Source: a virus (lineage: Duplodnaviria; Heunggongvirae; Uroviricota; Caudoviricetes). Taken from it: a DNA stretch of 12,059 nucleotides. Where the stretch lies: IMG/VR virus record IMGVR_UViG_2713896791_000029; one strand, given 5' to 3'. Below the pieces are notes generated by a model. It was given only the letters and a program-made list of their open reading frames with translations, made no database searches and had not been told where the DNA came from. Below are positions 1 through 6,679 of the stretch, piece by piece. Position numbers and translations under genes: made by a program. Position 1 is the first letter of the stretch. Each line of letters starts with the position of its first letter.

Positions 1-1461
1 ATGAAAAAATTACTGCGTCTTTTTTTCCCGCTCTCACTGCGGGTACGTTTTCTGTTGGCAACGGCTGCGGTAGTACTGGTGCTTTCGCTTGCCTACGGAA
101 TGGTCGCGCTGATCGGTTATAGCGTCAGTTTCGATAAAACTACGTTTCGGCTGTTACGTGGCGAGAGCAATCTGTTCTATACCCTTGCGAAGTGGGAAAA
201 CAATAAGTTGCATGTCGAGTTACCCGAAAATATCGACAAGCAAAGCCCCACCATGACGCTAATTTATGATGAGAACGGGCAGCTTTTATGGGCGCAACGT
301 GACGTGCCCTGGCTGATGAAGATGATCCAGCCTGACTGGCTGAAATCGAATGGTTTTCATGAAATTGAAGCGGATGTTAACGATACCAGCCTCTTGCTAA
401 GTGGAGATCATTCGATACAGCAACAGTTGCAGGAAGTGCGGGAAGATGATGACGACGCGGAGATGACCCACTCGGTGGCAGTAAACGTCTACCCGGCAAC
501 ATCGCGGATGCCAAAATTAACCTTTGTGGTGGTGGATACCATTCCGGTGGAGCTAAAAAGTTCCTATATGGTCTGGAGCTGGTTTATCTATGTGCTCTCA
601 GCCAATCTGCTGTTAGTGATCCCGCTGCTGTGGGTCGCCGCCTGGTGGAGTTTACGCCCCATCGAAGCCCTGGCAAAAGAAGTCCGCGAACTAGAAGAAC
701 ATAACCGCGAATTGCTCAATCCAGCCACAACGCGAGAACTGACCAGTCTGGTACGAAACCTGAACCGATTGTTAAAAAGTGAACGCGAACGTTACGACAA
801 ATACCGTACGACGCTCACCGACCTGACCCATAGTCTGAAAACGCCACTGGCGGTGCTGCAAAGTACGCTGCGTTCTCTGCGTAGTGAAAAGATGAGCGTC
901 AGTGATGCTGAGCCGGTAATGCTGGAGCAAATCAGCCGCATTTCACAGCAAATTGGCTACTACCTGCATCGTGCCAGTATGCGCGGCGGGACATTGCTCA
1001 GCCGCGAGCTGCATCCGGTCGCCCCACTGCTGGACAATCTCACCTCAGCGCTGAACAAAGTGTATCAACGCAAAGGGGTCAATATCTCTCTCGATATTTC
1101 GCCAGAGATCAGCTTTGTCGGTGAGCAGAACGATTTTGTCGAGGTGATGGGCAACGTGCTGGATAATGCCTGTAAATATTGCCTCGAGTTTGTCGAAATT
1201 TCTGCAAGGCAAACCGACGAGCATCTCTATATTGTGGTCGAGGATGATGGCCCCGGTATTCCATTAAGCAAGCGAGAGGTCATTTTCGACCGTGGTCAAC
1301 GGGTTGATACTTTACGCCCTGGGCAAGGTGTAGGGCTGGCGGTAGCCCGCGAAATCACCGAGCAATATGAGGGTAAAATCGTCGCCGGAGAGAGCATGCT
1401 GGGCGGTGCGCGGATGGAGGTGATTTTTGGTCGCCAGCATTCTGCGCCGAAAGATGAATAA
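1..1461 (+). CDS. phoQ: Sensor histidine kinase PhoQ, complete (486 aa)
   Basis: Full-length ORF with N-terminal transmembrane segment, periplasmic acidic patch ([10 protein letters not shown]), second TM/HAMP region, H-box ([12 protein letters not shown]) and HATPase motifs ([24 protein letters not shown]). The translation is recognisable as E. coli-type PhoQ, including the C-terminus ...[10 protein letters not shown]. Confidence 0.95.
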   Translation: MKKLLRLFFPLSLRVRFLLATAAVVLVLSLAYGMVALIGYSVSFDKTTFRLLRGESNLFYTLAKWENNKLHVELPENIDKQSPTMTLIYDENGQLLWAQRDVPWLMKMIQPDWLKSNGFHEIEADVNDTSLLLSGDHSIQQQLQEVREDDDDAEMTHSVAVNVYPATSRMPKLTFVVVDTIPVELKSSYMVWSWFIYVLSANLLLVIPLLWVAAWWSLRPIEALAKEVRELEEHNRELLNPATTRELTSLVRNLNRLLKSERERYDKYRTTLTDLTHSLKTPLAVLQSTLRSLRSEKMSVSDAEPVMLEQISRISQQIGYYLHRASMRGGTLLSRELHPVAPLLDNLTSALNKVYQRKGVNISLDISPEISFVGEQNDFVEVMGNVLDNACKYCLEFVEISARQTDEHLYIVVEDDGPGIPLSKREVIFDRGQRVDTLRPGQGVGLAVAREITEQYEGKIVAGESMLGGARMEVIFGRQHSAPKDE

Positions 1462-1951
1462 ATATGTCCTTTTATCACCACAGCAAGGCAACCCATTGAT
1501 TTAATTAAACAACACACACTGCAAAAAGTGCTAAAAACAGCAAATTGACTACACCATTAACTACACCGTTCGGTGCACTGTATGAAACAACGTGGAACAA
1601 ATAGACACAAGAAATATACAGGCGGGTAATCTTTCCAGGGGGAAGCGCACCAATTCATGAGGGGCGTTAATGTCGATATGGGGATCCCCATAACGGGGCT
1701 ACAGGATTTTTTTTCCGGTTAACTGTTAATCAGGCTGGTGGGTTTTACCTGTTCGGTAGGTGTTATGATTATCGTAATACCTTTCCCCCAGTGGGGTAAA
1801 AGCTCCAACCGTAACGATGTTCGTTGTGGTTGCCTTGATGGTCTGCGTGGTCATTATGACCATTCAGAATATGAAGGGTGACGCTTCCGACTTCCTCAAA
1901 TTGAGGTTTCCGAAAATATCAGCGGGTTAGCGATTAATCTGACCATTAATT

Positions 1952-1974
1952 AAACTACGAAAATTTCGTAGTTT
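1952..1974. repeat. 23-bp palindrome: perfect 11-bp arms AAACTACGAAA / TTTCGTAGTTT around a single central base
   Basis: Read directly from the sequence. Lies in the non-coding stretch between phoQ and the first island gene; candidate protein-binding site. Confidence 0.4.
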
Positions 1975-2062
1975 GTGAATATATTCCGGCCTTCTGGTTA
2001 ACAGTCCTCAGATGTGAGGGATGTAGCCAGCGCAATTTTGCGTTATCGGGAATATCAGCAAG

Positions 2063-2344
2063 TTACCGCCGCAGCCGTTCCGGCTTCTTCCAGTGGTACG
2101 TTATTTTTTCTTTCTCCCGATACAGTTCAACGCGGCGATTGTAGGCCAGCATTTCAAGAACGCGGTTCCGTATGTTGCGCATATCAACGCCATTAAGTTC
2201 TATACCATCACGGCGCATCACTTCCGCTACAACACGCACATAATTTTCAGCGGTCACGCTGTCCGGCTGTGTGGCCTGTTCGTCATGCTGCTGGCTGATT
2301 CCGGCGACGCGGCGGATTAATCCCAGTAGTTCGGCTTCTGTCAT
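2063..2344 (-). CDS. Hypothetical protein (93 aa), last gene before the island's left junction
   Basis: ORF with GGGGG Shine-Dalgarno about 5 nt upstream of the ATG. No motif I recognise. Confidence 0.45.
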   Translation of the reverse strand: MTEAELLGLIRRVAGISQQHDEQATQPDSVTAENYVRVVAEVMRRDGIELNGVDMRNIRNRVLEMLAYNRRVELYREKEKITYHWKKPERLRR

Positions 2345-2401
2345 TGTGCCCCCATCGCTCTGATAGTCTGGTGTCGTCGGGTCCTTCCTGGAATTATGGC
2401 C

Positions 2402-2580
2402 CGTTACGGGGCGGCGACCTCGCGGTTTTTATCTGTTTATGAGAATTTTCCGGCAAAAGTCAGATCCGCTCTTCTTCTCTGTAACAGACTGTTTAACAAT
2501 GAAAATATTAAAAAAAGAAAGGATCTGACACGAGGCATTTTAGCCAGAAAATGCCATTATCAGATCCTTTCTCATTTTTG
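2402..2580 (+). other. Lambda-type cos site: cosN (GTTACG/GGGCGGCGACCT/CGCGG, overhang at 2408-2419) plus cosB-like R3/I1/R2/R1 region
   Basis: Close to collinear with the remembered left end of lambda (GGGCGGCGACCTCGCGG...TTTATGA.AATTTTCCGG...TCTTCTTC...AAAGAAAGGA...CCTTTCTC..TTTTTGT). R-element cores read CAGATCC at 2460-2466 and 2560-2566, and inverted as GGATCTG at 2520-2526, where lambda has CGTTTCC. An AT-rich I1-like segment lies between R3 and R2. Confidence 0.8.
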
Positions 2581-2599
2581 TTCAATAATTGCGCGTCTG

Positions 2600-3142
2600 T
2601 TACTCGCCTTTCTTCTGTAGCAACTTTTCCGGTACGTTTCCGGTTGTTTCTTTCAAGTAATCAGCCAGTATCTGTGGGAGGTTGTCGGCAACTCTGGCAC
2701 TGGCATTACAGACTTTAACCACTTCCCTTTTAAGCCTGTCCAGCATGGCGGGGGTAATCTGTGGGAAGCTCCTTTGCATAGTAAGCGGGAGGATGTCCAT
2801 GATTGATGAAATCTGACTCGCCAGCTTTGAAAGCGCGTACAGGCAAAACTCAGTATCAATCACGTCACCGCGATCGCGATCGTTTTTAAGTTCCTGCGCC
2901 TCTGCCTGTGCTGTCAGTAATCTGATCCTGACTCGTAAAAGTTCATCATCGTCAATCTCGCCTTTGTCGTTTATAAGCTGGCTAATTGCATTGTTAACCC
3001 TATTTTCTATCACGCTGGCAACATCATAAAACGCCTCACGGCCTTTACGCTCAACGGGAGTTACTCCCCACTTGTCGAACGCTGTCGCACTTACACGGCA
3101 GCTTTTCGCCATGTTTTTTTTGTTCATCAGATGAGATTTCAT
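2600..3142 (-). CDS. Small terminase subunit, lambda Nu1-like (180 aa)
   Basis: The C-terminal two-thirds align with lambda Nu1 (LTAQAEAQELKNDRD...DTEFCLYALSKLASQISSIMDILPLTMQRSFP versus Nu1 LTRAQADAQELKNARD...ETAFCTFVLSRIAGEIASILDGLPLSVQRRFP). The N-terminal wHTH region has the same spacing with conserved NKK...A...S...W and EAFYDVASVI (Nu1: EVLYDSAAVI) but different intervening residues. Start codon choice is uncertain; the ATG at 3142 has only a weak Shine-Dalgarno. Confidence 0.85.
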   Translation of the reverse strand: MKSHLMNKKNMAKSCRVSATAFDKWGVTPVERKGREAFYDVASVIENRVNNAISQLINDKGEIDDDELLRVRIRLLTAQAEAQELKNDRDRGDVIDTEFCLYALSKLASQISSIMDILPLTMQRSFPQITPAMLDRLKREVVKVCNASARVADNLPQILADYLKETTGNVPEKLLQKKGE

Positions 3143-3143
3143 T

Positions 3144-3181
3144 AATACACCAACTTAATTACTGCTTCAGGTTGGTGTATT
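3144..3181. repeat. Inverted repeat: 11-bp arms AATACACCAAC / GTTGGTGTATT with a 16-nt spacer, ending 1 nt from the terS ATG
   Basis: Read directly from the sequence; perfect arm complementarity. Confidence 0.5.
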
Positions 3182-3317
3182 GCTTGCATCTTTCCCTTTT
3201 CATTCATAAAGATAGATCAAACAACAAAACCACCACCACCCCCCTGAAAAGGCTCATAAATAGCGAAAATCCGCGAGGTCTCCGCCCCGTAACAGGTCCA
3301 TATGCCGGAAAGGACCC

Positions 3318-3342
3318 GCAAAAAAGCCGGATTTCTCCGGCC
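3318..3342 (-). terminator. Intrinsic terminator (copy a): GCCGGA-loop-TCCGGC followed by U6 on the - strand
   Basis: A6 + GCCGGA tttc TCCGGC on the + strand, so hairpin then U-run on the - strand. Sits 5 nt after the stop of the 137-aa gene. Confidence 0.5.
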
Positions 3343-3347
3343 TTGTC

Positions 3348-3761
3348 TCAGATGGTTTTCAGTATGCGATCGATGTCGCCGTCATCGCCCGGGTTTCTGC
3401 CATCGTATGCCATGCCAGCTGATACGGCTTGTGGGCTGTGCATGTCCATAAAGTTTTCAAAGGCTGCGGTAAGCTCTGGTGCAACCTTCGGGCGTTCCTG
3501 CTCTATGGTCATGTTCAGGATGTTTTTAGCCGTATCAACATCAATACAAGGCACGTTTGCCATTGCACGTAACAGCGGCTGATAGTCGTCAGATTCATGA
3601 AGCGCCATAATCGCATCAGCGCGCGGCTTGTCCTTCTCTTCCAGGCTGTTAAGTTGATATACGGCCTCGTAGGTTGATAAACCTCTGTCAGCCATTGCCC
3701 GCGCTTCGGCTTTAAATTTACTCGCCAGCGGTAGCGTCATGATACTTTCATTCGTTGCCAT
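3348..3761 (-). CDS. Hypothetical acidic protein (137 aa) between the decoration gene and terS
   Basis: AGGGGG Shine-Dalgarno 4 nt upstream of the ATG, 12 nt after the stop of the gpD-like gene. Acidic and predicted helical. No motif I recognise; a scaffold or packaging accessory role is only a guess. Confidence 0.6.
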   Translation of the reverse strand: MATNESIMTLPLASKFKAEARAMADRGLSTYEAVYQLNSLEEKDKPRADAIMALHESDDYQPLLRAMANVPCIDVDTAKNILNMTIEQERPKVAPELTAAFENFMDMHSPQAVSAGMAYDGRNPGDDGDIDRILKTI

Positions 3762-3773
3762 CGTTCCCCCTGC

Positions 3774-4109
3774 TTATCGCGCCAGCGGCTGAACGGATAC
3801 GCCAGAACCCGCAAAGGCGGCGCATTTTTTCGCGTCGGTGTCGGCGCTCTCAGGCCAGTTAACGGCGGCAATATTGAATATCCCCGTCTTGTAGCACTGT
3901 GCTGATTTCTGCGTCGACGTGTCCACGGGGTACGAGGTCAGATAAACAGCCTTGCCAGATTCCTGACCATCCCACGGCTTAAACTCGCCATTTTCCGCCA
4001 GCATCAGCGGGGTAAATTCCTGAATAACGCCAGCATCAGCAGCAAAATGTACCAGCGTCGTGGATACCTGCTGACTACCTGCAAATAACTCAATGTATGG
4101 AGTGTCCAT
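3774..4109 (-). CDS. Head decoration protein, lambda gpD-like (111 aa)
   Basis: Aligns with remembered lambda gpD: FTPLMLAENGEFKPWDG...DTSTQKSAQCYKTGIF...WPESADTDAKKCAAFAGSGVSV versus TPLMLDTSSRKLVAWDG...DQTSTTLTFYKSGTF...[29 protein letters not shown] Shine-Dalgarno immediately after the stop of the capsid gene. Confidence 0.8.
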   Translation of the reverse strand: MDTPYIELFAGSQQVSTTLVHFAADAGVIQEFTPLMLAENGEFKPWDGQESGKAVYLTSYPVDTSTQKSAQCYKTGIFNIAAVNWPESADTDAKKCAAFAGSGVSVQPLAR

Positions 4110-4121
4110 AGAATCCCCCCG

Positions 4122-5177
4122 TTAACCAATTTTGACGGTAACAAATTTGCGAATATCTGCCGGTACCGGCTGCGGTGCGCTGTGCGTCTGCACGTACTCA
4201 ATCGCCGGATCGCCGTCCTCAATCCAGTTTTTCGGGTAAAACATGTTTTGCGTTGCGCCCGTTCTGACCGCTTCCTGATCCATAATCGCACCATAGGCCA
4301 CCAGCCCTTTATTGTTGGTGTTACCCAGGACCAGCAAATCAGGCTCAAGGAAATATTTTTCGGTGCCGTCGCTGTCAGTGTATTTGCCGGAATAGACGAC
4401 AAGGGCAATATCGCCCAGATAGCCTTTAAAGCTCACCACTTCACCCAGGTTTTTACAGGCCAGTTCTGCGGCGGATTCTGAACCACGGGAAAGGTCGTAC
4501 AGTTCGCGGAATTTTTTAAAGCTGCGTAACGTGCGCCATACTTCAGCGCCCATAATCATGACGTTTGCGGGGCAATTGCCCTGATCAGCATAAAGCTCGA
4601 TGTCATAGATTGGATCGTGTGTTTCTTTATCCAGCTCAGACCATTTTTTACCGTCAGCCTGTTCTATGATATTGCTTTCCGGGATCTTCCAGTCGATTTC
4701 ATAGCGTTCTATGCCTTCGCCCTCAATGAGGTTTTTTCCGGTCGTTACCGCATTCACCGCCAGCCATTCCACGCGTGCCTTAATGGCGTTTATCTGGCGG
4801 CGCATGTTGCCAGTAATCAGGCGCATACGGCGATAGGTAGGATCGTTAAGCTGTGCCGGATCTTCTCCAGCCATGCGCATGATGGTTTTTGTTGGATCGA
4901 TTTCGTGTTTGGGTTTCATGTAGCCTGGTTTAATCGTGCTGGTTTCGTACCCTTTATCGCGCTGGACCTGACTACCCACCATAGGCGAACAGAACGCTGA
5001 CATCGTAACCTCTTCAATGTCCAGGGTGTCCAGCATGATGTTCTGGGTGTTGAAGGTCGCCACGTTCGGGAAAAACAGCGTGGTAAACAGCGGACTGAAT
5101 TTAAATTCTGCAATATCCCCGCGATTCAGGTACGCGAAAAGCTGGTTAGTGTTAAGTGCCGTTGCTTTGCCTGCCAT
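4122..5177 (-). CDS. Major capsid protein, lambda gpE-like (351 aa)
   Basis: Multiple blocks shared with remembered lambda gpE: EFKFSPLF..LFF, PGYMKPKHEI, DPTYRRMRLI, DKETHDPIYDIELYA, FKGYLGDIALVVYSGKY, VLGNTNNKGL.AYGAI.D, YPKNWIEDGDPA.E....SAP. GGAGGTG Shine-Dalgarno; the stop of the upstream gene overlaps the start (TAATG). Confidence 0.9.
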   Translation of the reverse strand: MAGKATALNTNQLFAYLNRGDIAEFKFSPLFTTLFFPNVATFNTQNIMLDTLDIEEVTMSAFCSPMVGSQVQRDKGYETSTIKPGYMKPKHEIDPTKTIMRMAGEDPAQLNDPTYRRMRLITGNMRRQINAIKARVEWLAVNAVTTGKNLIEGEGIERYEIDWKIPESNIIEQADGKKWSELDKETHDPIYDIELYADQGNCPANVMIMGAEVWRTLRSFKKFRELYDLSRGSESAAELACKNLGEVVSFKGYLGDIALVVYSGKYTDSDGTEKYFLEPDLLVLGNTNNKGLVAYGAIMDQEAVRTGATQNMFYPKNWIEDGDPAIEYVQTHSAPQPVPADIRKFVTVKIG

Positions 5178-5383
5178 TATTCACCTCCATGCGTCTGATT
5201 CATGCCCAGCGCCGCGCGTAAATAGGCGCGGACCTGCCAGCCTGTTGACGGCTCAACCATCGCCAGCGGATCAAGTCCTGCCGCAATGCCTGCTTTTACG
5301 TTCTGCCGGTGGCGTTCCTTGAGCGCCTTCACGATGTCGGGGCTTATGTACACCGAAACACCGCCTTTTTTCTCTTCAGCCAT
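5177..5383 (-). CDS. Hypothetical small protein (68 aa), first gene of the head operon; possible ribbon-helix-helix-like fold
   Basis: Translationally coupled to the capsid gene. The N-terminus GGVSVYISPDIVKALKERH resembles a beta-strand plus helix RHH motif, but this is weak. Confidence 0.5.
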   Translation of the reverse strand: MAEEKKGGVSVYISPDIVKALKERHRQNVKAGIAAGLDPLAMVEPSTGWQVRAYLRAALGMNQTHGGE

Positions 5384-5417
5384 AGTAAGAAATTCCTCTT
5401 CGACTTAAAAAATCATA

Positions 5418-5468
5418 ACTGGATGTTTATCCAGTCCTGATTATAATCAGAATTGCATTTTATGCAAT
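5418..5468 (-). promoter_or_regulatory. Three adjacent palindromes overlapping a sigma70-like promoter for the head operon
   Basis: ACTGGAT-gttt-ATCCAGT (5418-5435), perfect 14-bp palindrome CTGATTATAATCAG (5437-5450, contains TATAAT), and ATTGCAT-ttt-ATGCAAT (5452-5468, contains a TTGCAT -35-like hexamer on the - strand). About 35-85 bp upstream of the 68-aa gene. Confidence 0.5.
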
Positions 5469-5548
5469 GATATTGAGTTATGTTGCAAATTATGAAATGA
5501 TTATCCCGATCACGAACGCCAGTGCATCCAAAAACCTCATATGCAAAA

Positions 5549-5586
5549 GCCCGATAAGAACCCTCTGACCTTATCGGGCTTTTTTT
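5549..5586. terminator. Hairpin GCCCGATAAG-loop-CTTATCGGGC flanked by an A-run and T7; bidirectional terminator-like
   Basis: Perfect 10-bp stem with 11-nt loop, T7 on the + side and A4 on the other. Confidence 0.5.
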
Positions 5587-5590
5587 GGGC

Positions 5591-5615
5591 GCAAAAAAGC
5601 CGGATTGCTCCGGCT
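5591..5615 (-). terminator. Intrinsic terminator (copy b): GCCGGA-ttgc-TCCGGC followed by U6 on the - strand
   Basis: About 20 nt downstream of the stop of the 74-aa gene. Near-identical to copies a and c. Confidence 0.55.
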
Positions 5616-5634
5616 ATGTGTGCTGTGTGCTGGC

Positions 5635-5859
5635 TCAGTCTCTGATCTCTTTCAGAAATTCTATCAATGCATCTATCTGTTCAGGATTTACCGCCAGCAT
5701 TTCACCGGATAGAGCACATCTCACAAAACCATGCTGATCCTTTTCAATCAGTGCGCCCGTCTCCAGGAATGCGCGGTAATCATTGATGCTCATCGTCTCC
5801 ATGTTGTCAGCATGGTATTTATCACGCTGTTTTAATATCTCATCAAATTTCATCGGCAT
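5635..5859 (-). CDS. Hypothetical protein (74 aa)
   Basis: AGAGGAAA Shine-Dalgarno upstream of the ATG; followed by tandem terminators. No motif I recognise. Confidence 0.5.
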   Translation of the reverse strand: MPMKFDEILKQRDKYHADNMETMSINDYRAFLETGALIEKDQHGFVRCALSGEMLAVNPEQIDALIEFLKEIRD

Positions 5860-5953
5860 TGTTTTTTTCCTCTGTTGTGTCTGTTTGTTTCAGATAGTAA
5901 CTATGCCTGACCGTGACGAAAACCCGGTAATGCGCCATACCGTTTCAACTGGT

Positions 5954-5979
5954 GCAAAAAAAGCCGGATTTCTCCGGCT
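5954..5979 (-). terminator. Intrinsic terminator (copy c): GCCGGA-tttc-TCCGGC followed by U7 on the - strand
   Basis: Begins 7 nt after the stop of the PerC-like gene. Confidence 0.55.
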
Positions 5980-5985
5980 GTTTGA

Positions 5986-6258
5986 TTAGCTGTCCTGGTA
6001 ATTGCGCCATATTTCATCACCAGCACCATCTATACCCATTTCGGCATAAGTGCGATCGACTGCCTTTTTCAGGTCTCCGAAATTATCCGGCGGCTCCGGT
6101 GCCCTCTGTGCCTTCCTTGAACATTCCAGCCGTCGCATCGTGATGTGATGCCGTTCCTTGTCTGTCTCCACCAGCTGCATGACTTCACCCCATCGCGCCG
6201 CCGCCCTCCGGTAAAAGCCTTTCGCCTCCAGTTCCTCCGCTATGCGGTCATGTACCAT
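5986..6258 (-). CDS. PerC-family-like transcriptional regulator (90 aa)
   Basis: Start placed at the ATG at 6258, which has a GAGGGGGTG Shine-Dalgarno directly after the SSB stop; the longer 130-aa ORF would overlap the SSB gene. The motif AEELEAKGFYRRAAARWGEV resembles the conserved N-terminal signature I recall for PerC/Pch regulators. Family assignment is from memory, not a search. Confidence 0.5.
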   Translation of the reverse strand: MVHDRIAEELEAKGFYRRAAARWGEVMQLVETDKERHHITMRRLECSRKAQRAPEPPDNFGDLKKAVDRTYAEMGIDGAGDEIWRNYQDS

Positions 6259-6268
6259 CGTCACCCCC

Positions 6269-6679
6269 TCAGAACGAAATATCATCACCGTAAGGGTCAT
6301 CGCCTCCCGCTGGTGGCTGATTACCCTGTGTGCCTGTGGTTTTGCGTCTGTTCCCGCCTGGACGTGCCGCGCGGGCACTGATTACGCTGTCTGCGATAAC
6401 CTGCCAGCCCTGCCGCGTTTCTCCGTTCTGTCCGGTCCACTGGCTTACCTGCATCGTGCCGGATACGCTGGCAACATCGCCTTTTTGATGTTTAGCCAGG
6501 AAGTCGGCCTGTTTGCCAAATGCGATGACCGATAACCATAACGTCGCCTGTCCGTCCTGTGCCTGGCTGCATGGCAAAGATACCGCCATACGCGCCAGCG
6601 TCATCGGTGTGCCCTTGCTGGTCTGTTTTACCTGCGGGTCGTCCACCAGCCGCCCGTAAGCGGCTATCTGTGCCGTCAT
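6269..6679 (-). CDS. Single-stranded DNA-binding protein (SSB-like, 136 aa)
   Basis: OB-fold core aligns with E. coli SSB (LWLSVIAFGKQADFLAKHQKGDVASVSGTMQVSQWTGQNGETRQGWQVIA versus [50 protein letters not shown]). Gly/Pro-rich linker and acidic C-terminal tail ...GDDISF (SSB: DDDIPF). ATGA overlap with the upstream gene. Confidence 0.8.
   Translation of the reverse strand: MTAQIAAYGRLVDDPQVKQTSKGTPMTLARMAVSLPCSQAQDGQATLWLSVIAFGKQADFLAKHQKGDVASVSGTMQVSQWTGQNGETRQGWQVIADSVISARAARPGGNRRKTTGTQGNQPPAGGDDPYGDDISF

Noticed and set aside
1296-1517. 73-aa - strand ORF
   Set aside because: Antisense within the 3' end of phoQ.
1816-1830. Similarity of TGTTCGTTGTGGTTG (left junction region) to the TTGTTC repeats at 10738-10787, considered as paired recombinase arm sites
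   Set aside because: The match is short and partial. The second site is internal to the island rather than at an end. It cannot be separated from chance without the far junction.
1817-1930. 37-aa ORF with a hydrophobic N-terminus (MFVVVALMVCVVIM...), considered as a possible type I toxin
   Set aside because: No usable Shine-Dalgarno, no resemblance to known small toxins that I can recall, and no antisense RNA features identified.
2396-2620. 74-aa + strand ORF
   Set aside because: It lies across the cos site (cosN and the R elements), which is non-coding by analogy with lambda.
4182-5000. + strand ORFs (99 aa and 127 aa) inside the capsid gene
   Set aside because: Antisense to a well-supported coding sequence and without ribosome-binding sites.
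5986-6378. 130-aa version of the PerC-like ORF
   Set aside because: It would overlap the 3' end of the SSB gene by about 110 nt. An internal ATG at 6258 with a strong Shine-Dalgarno immediately after the SSB stop gives a 90-aa product.
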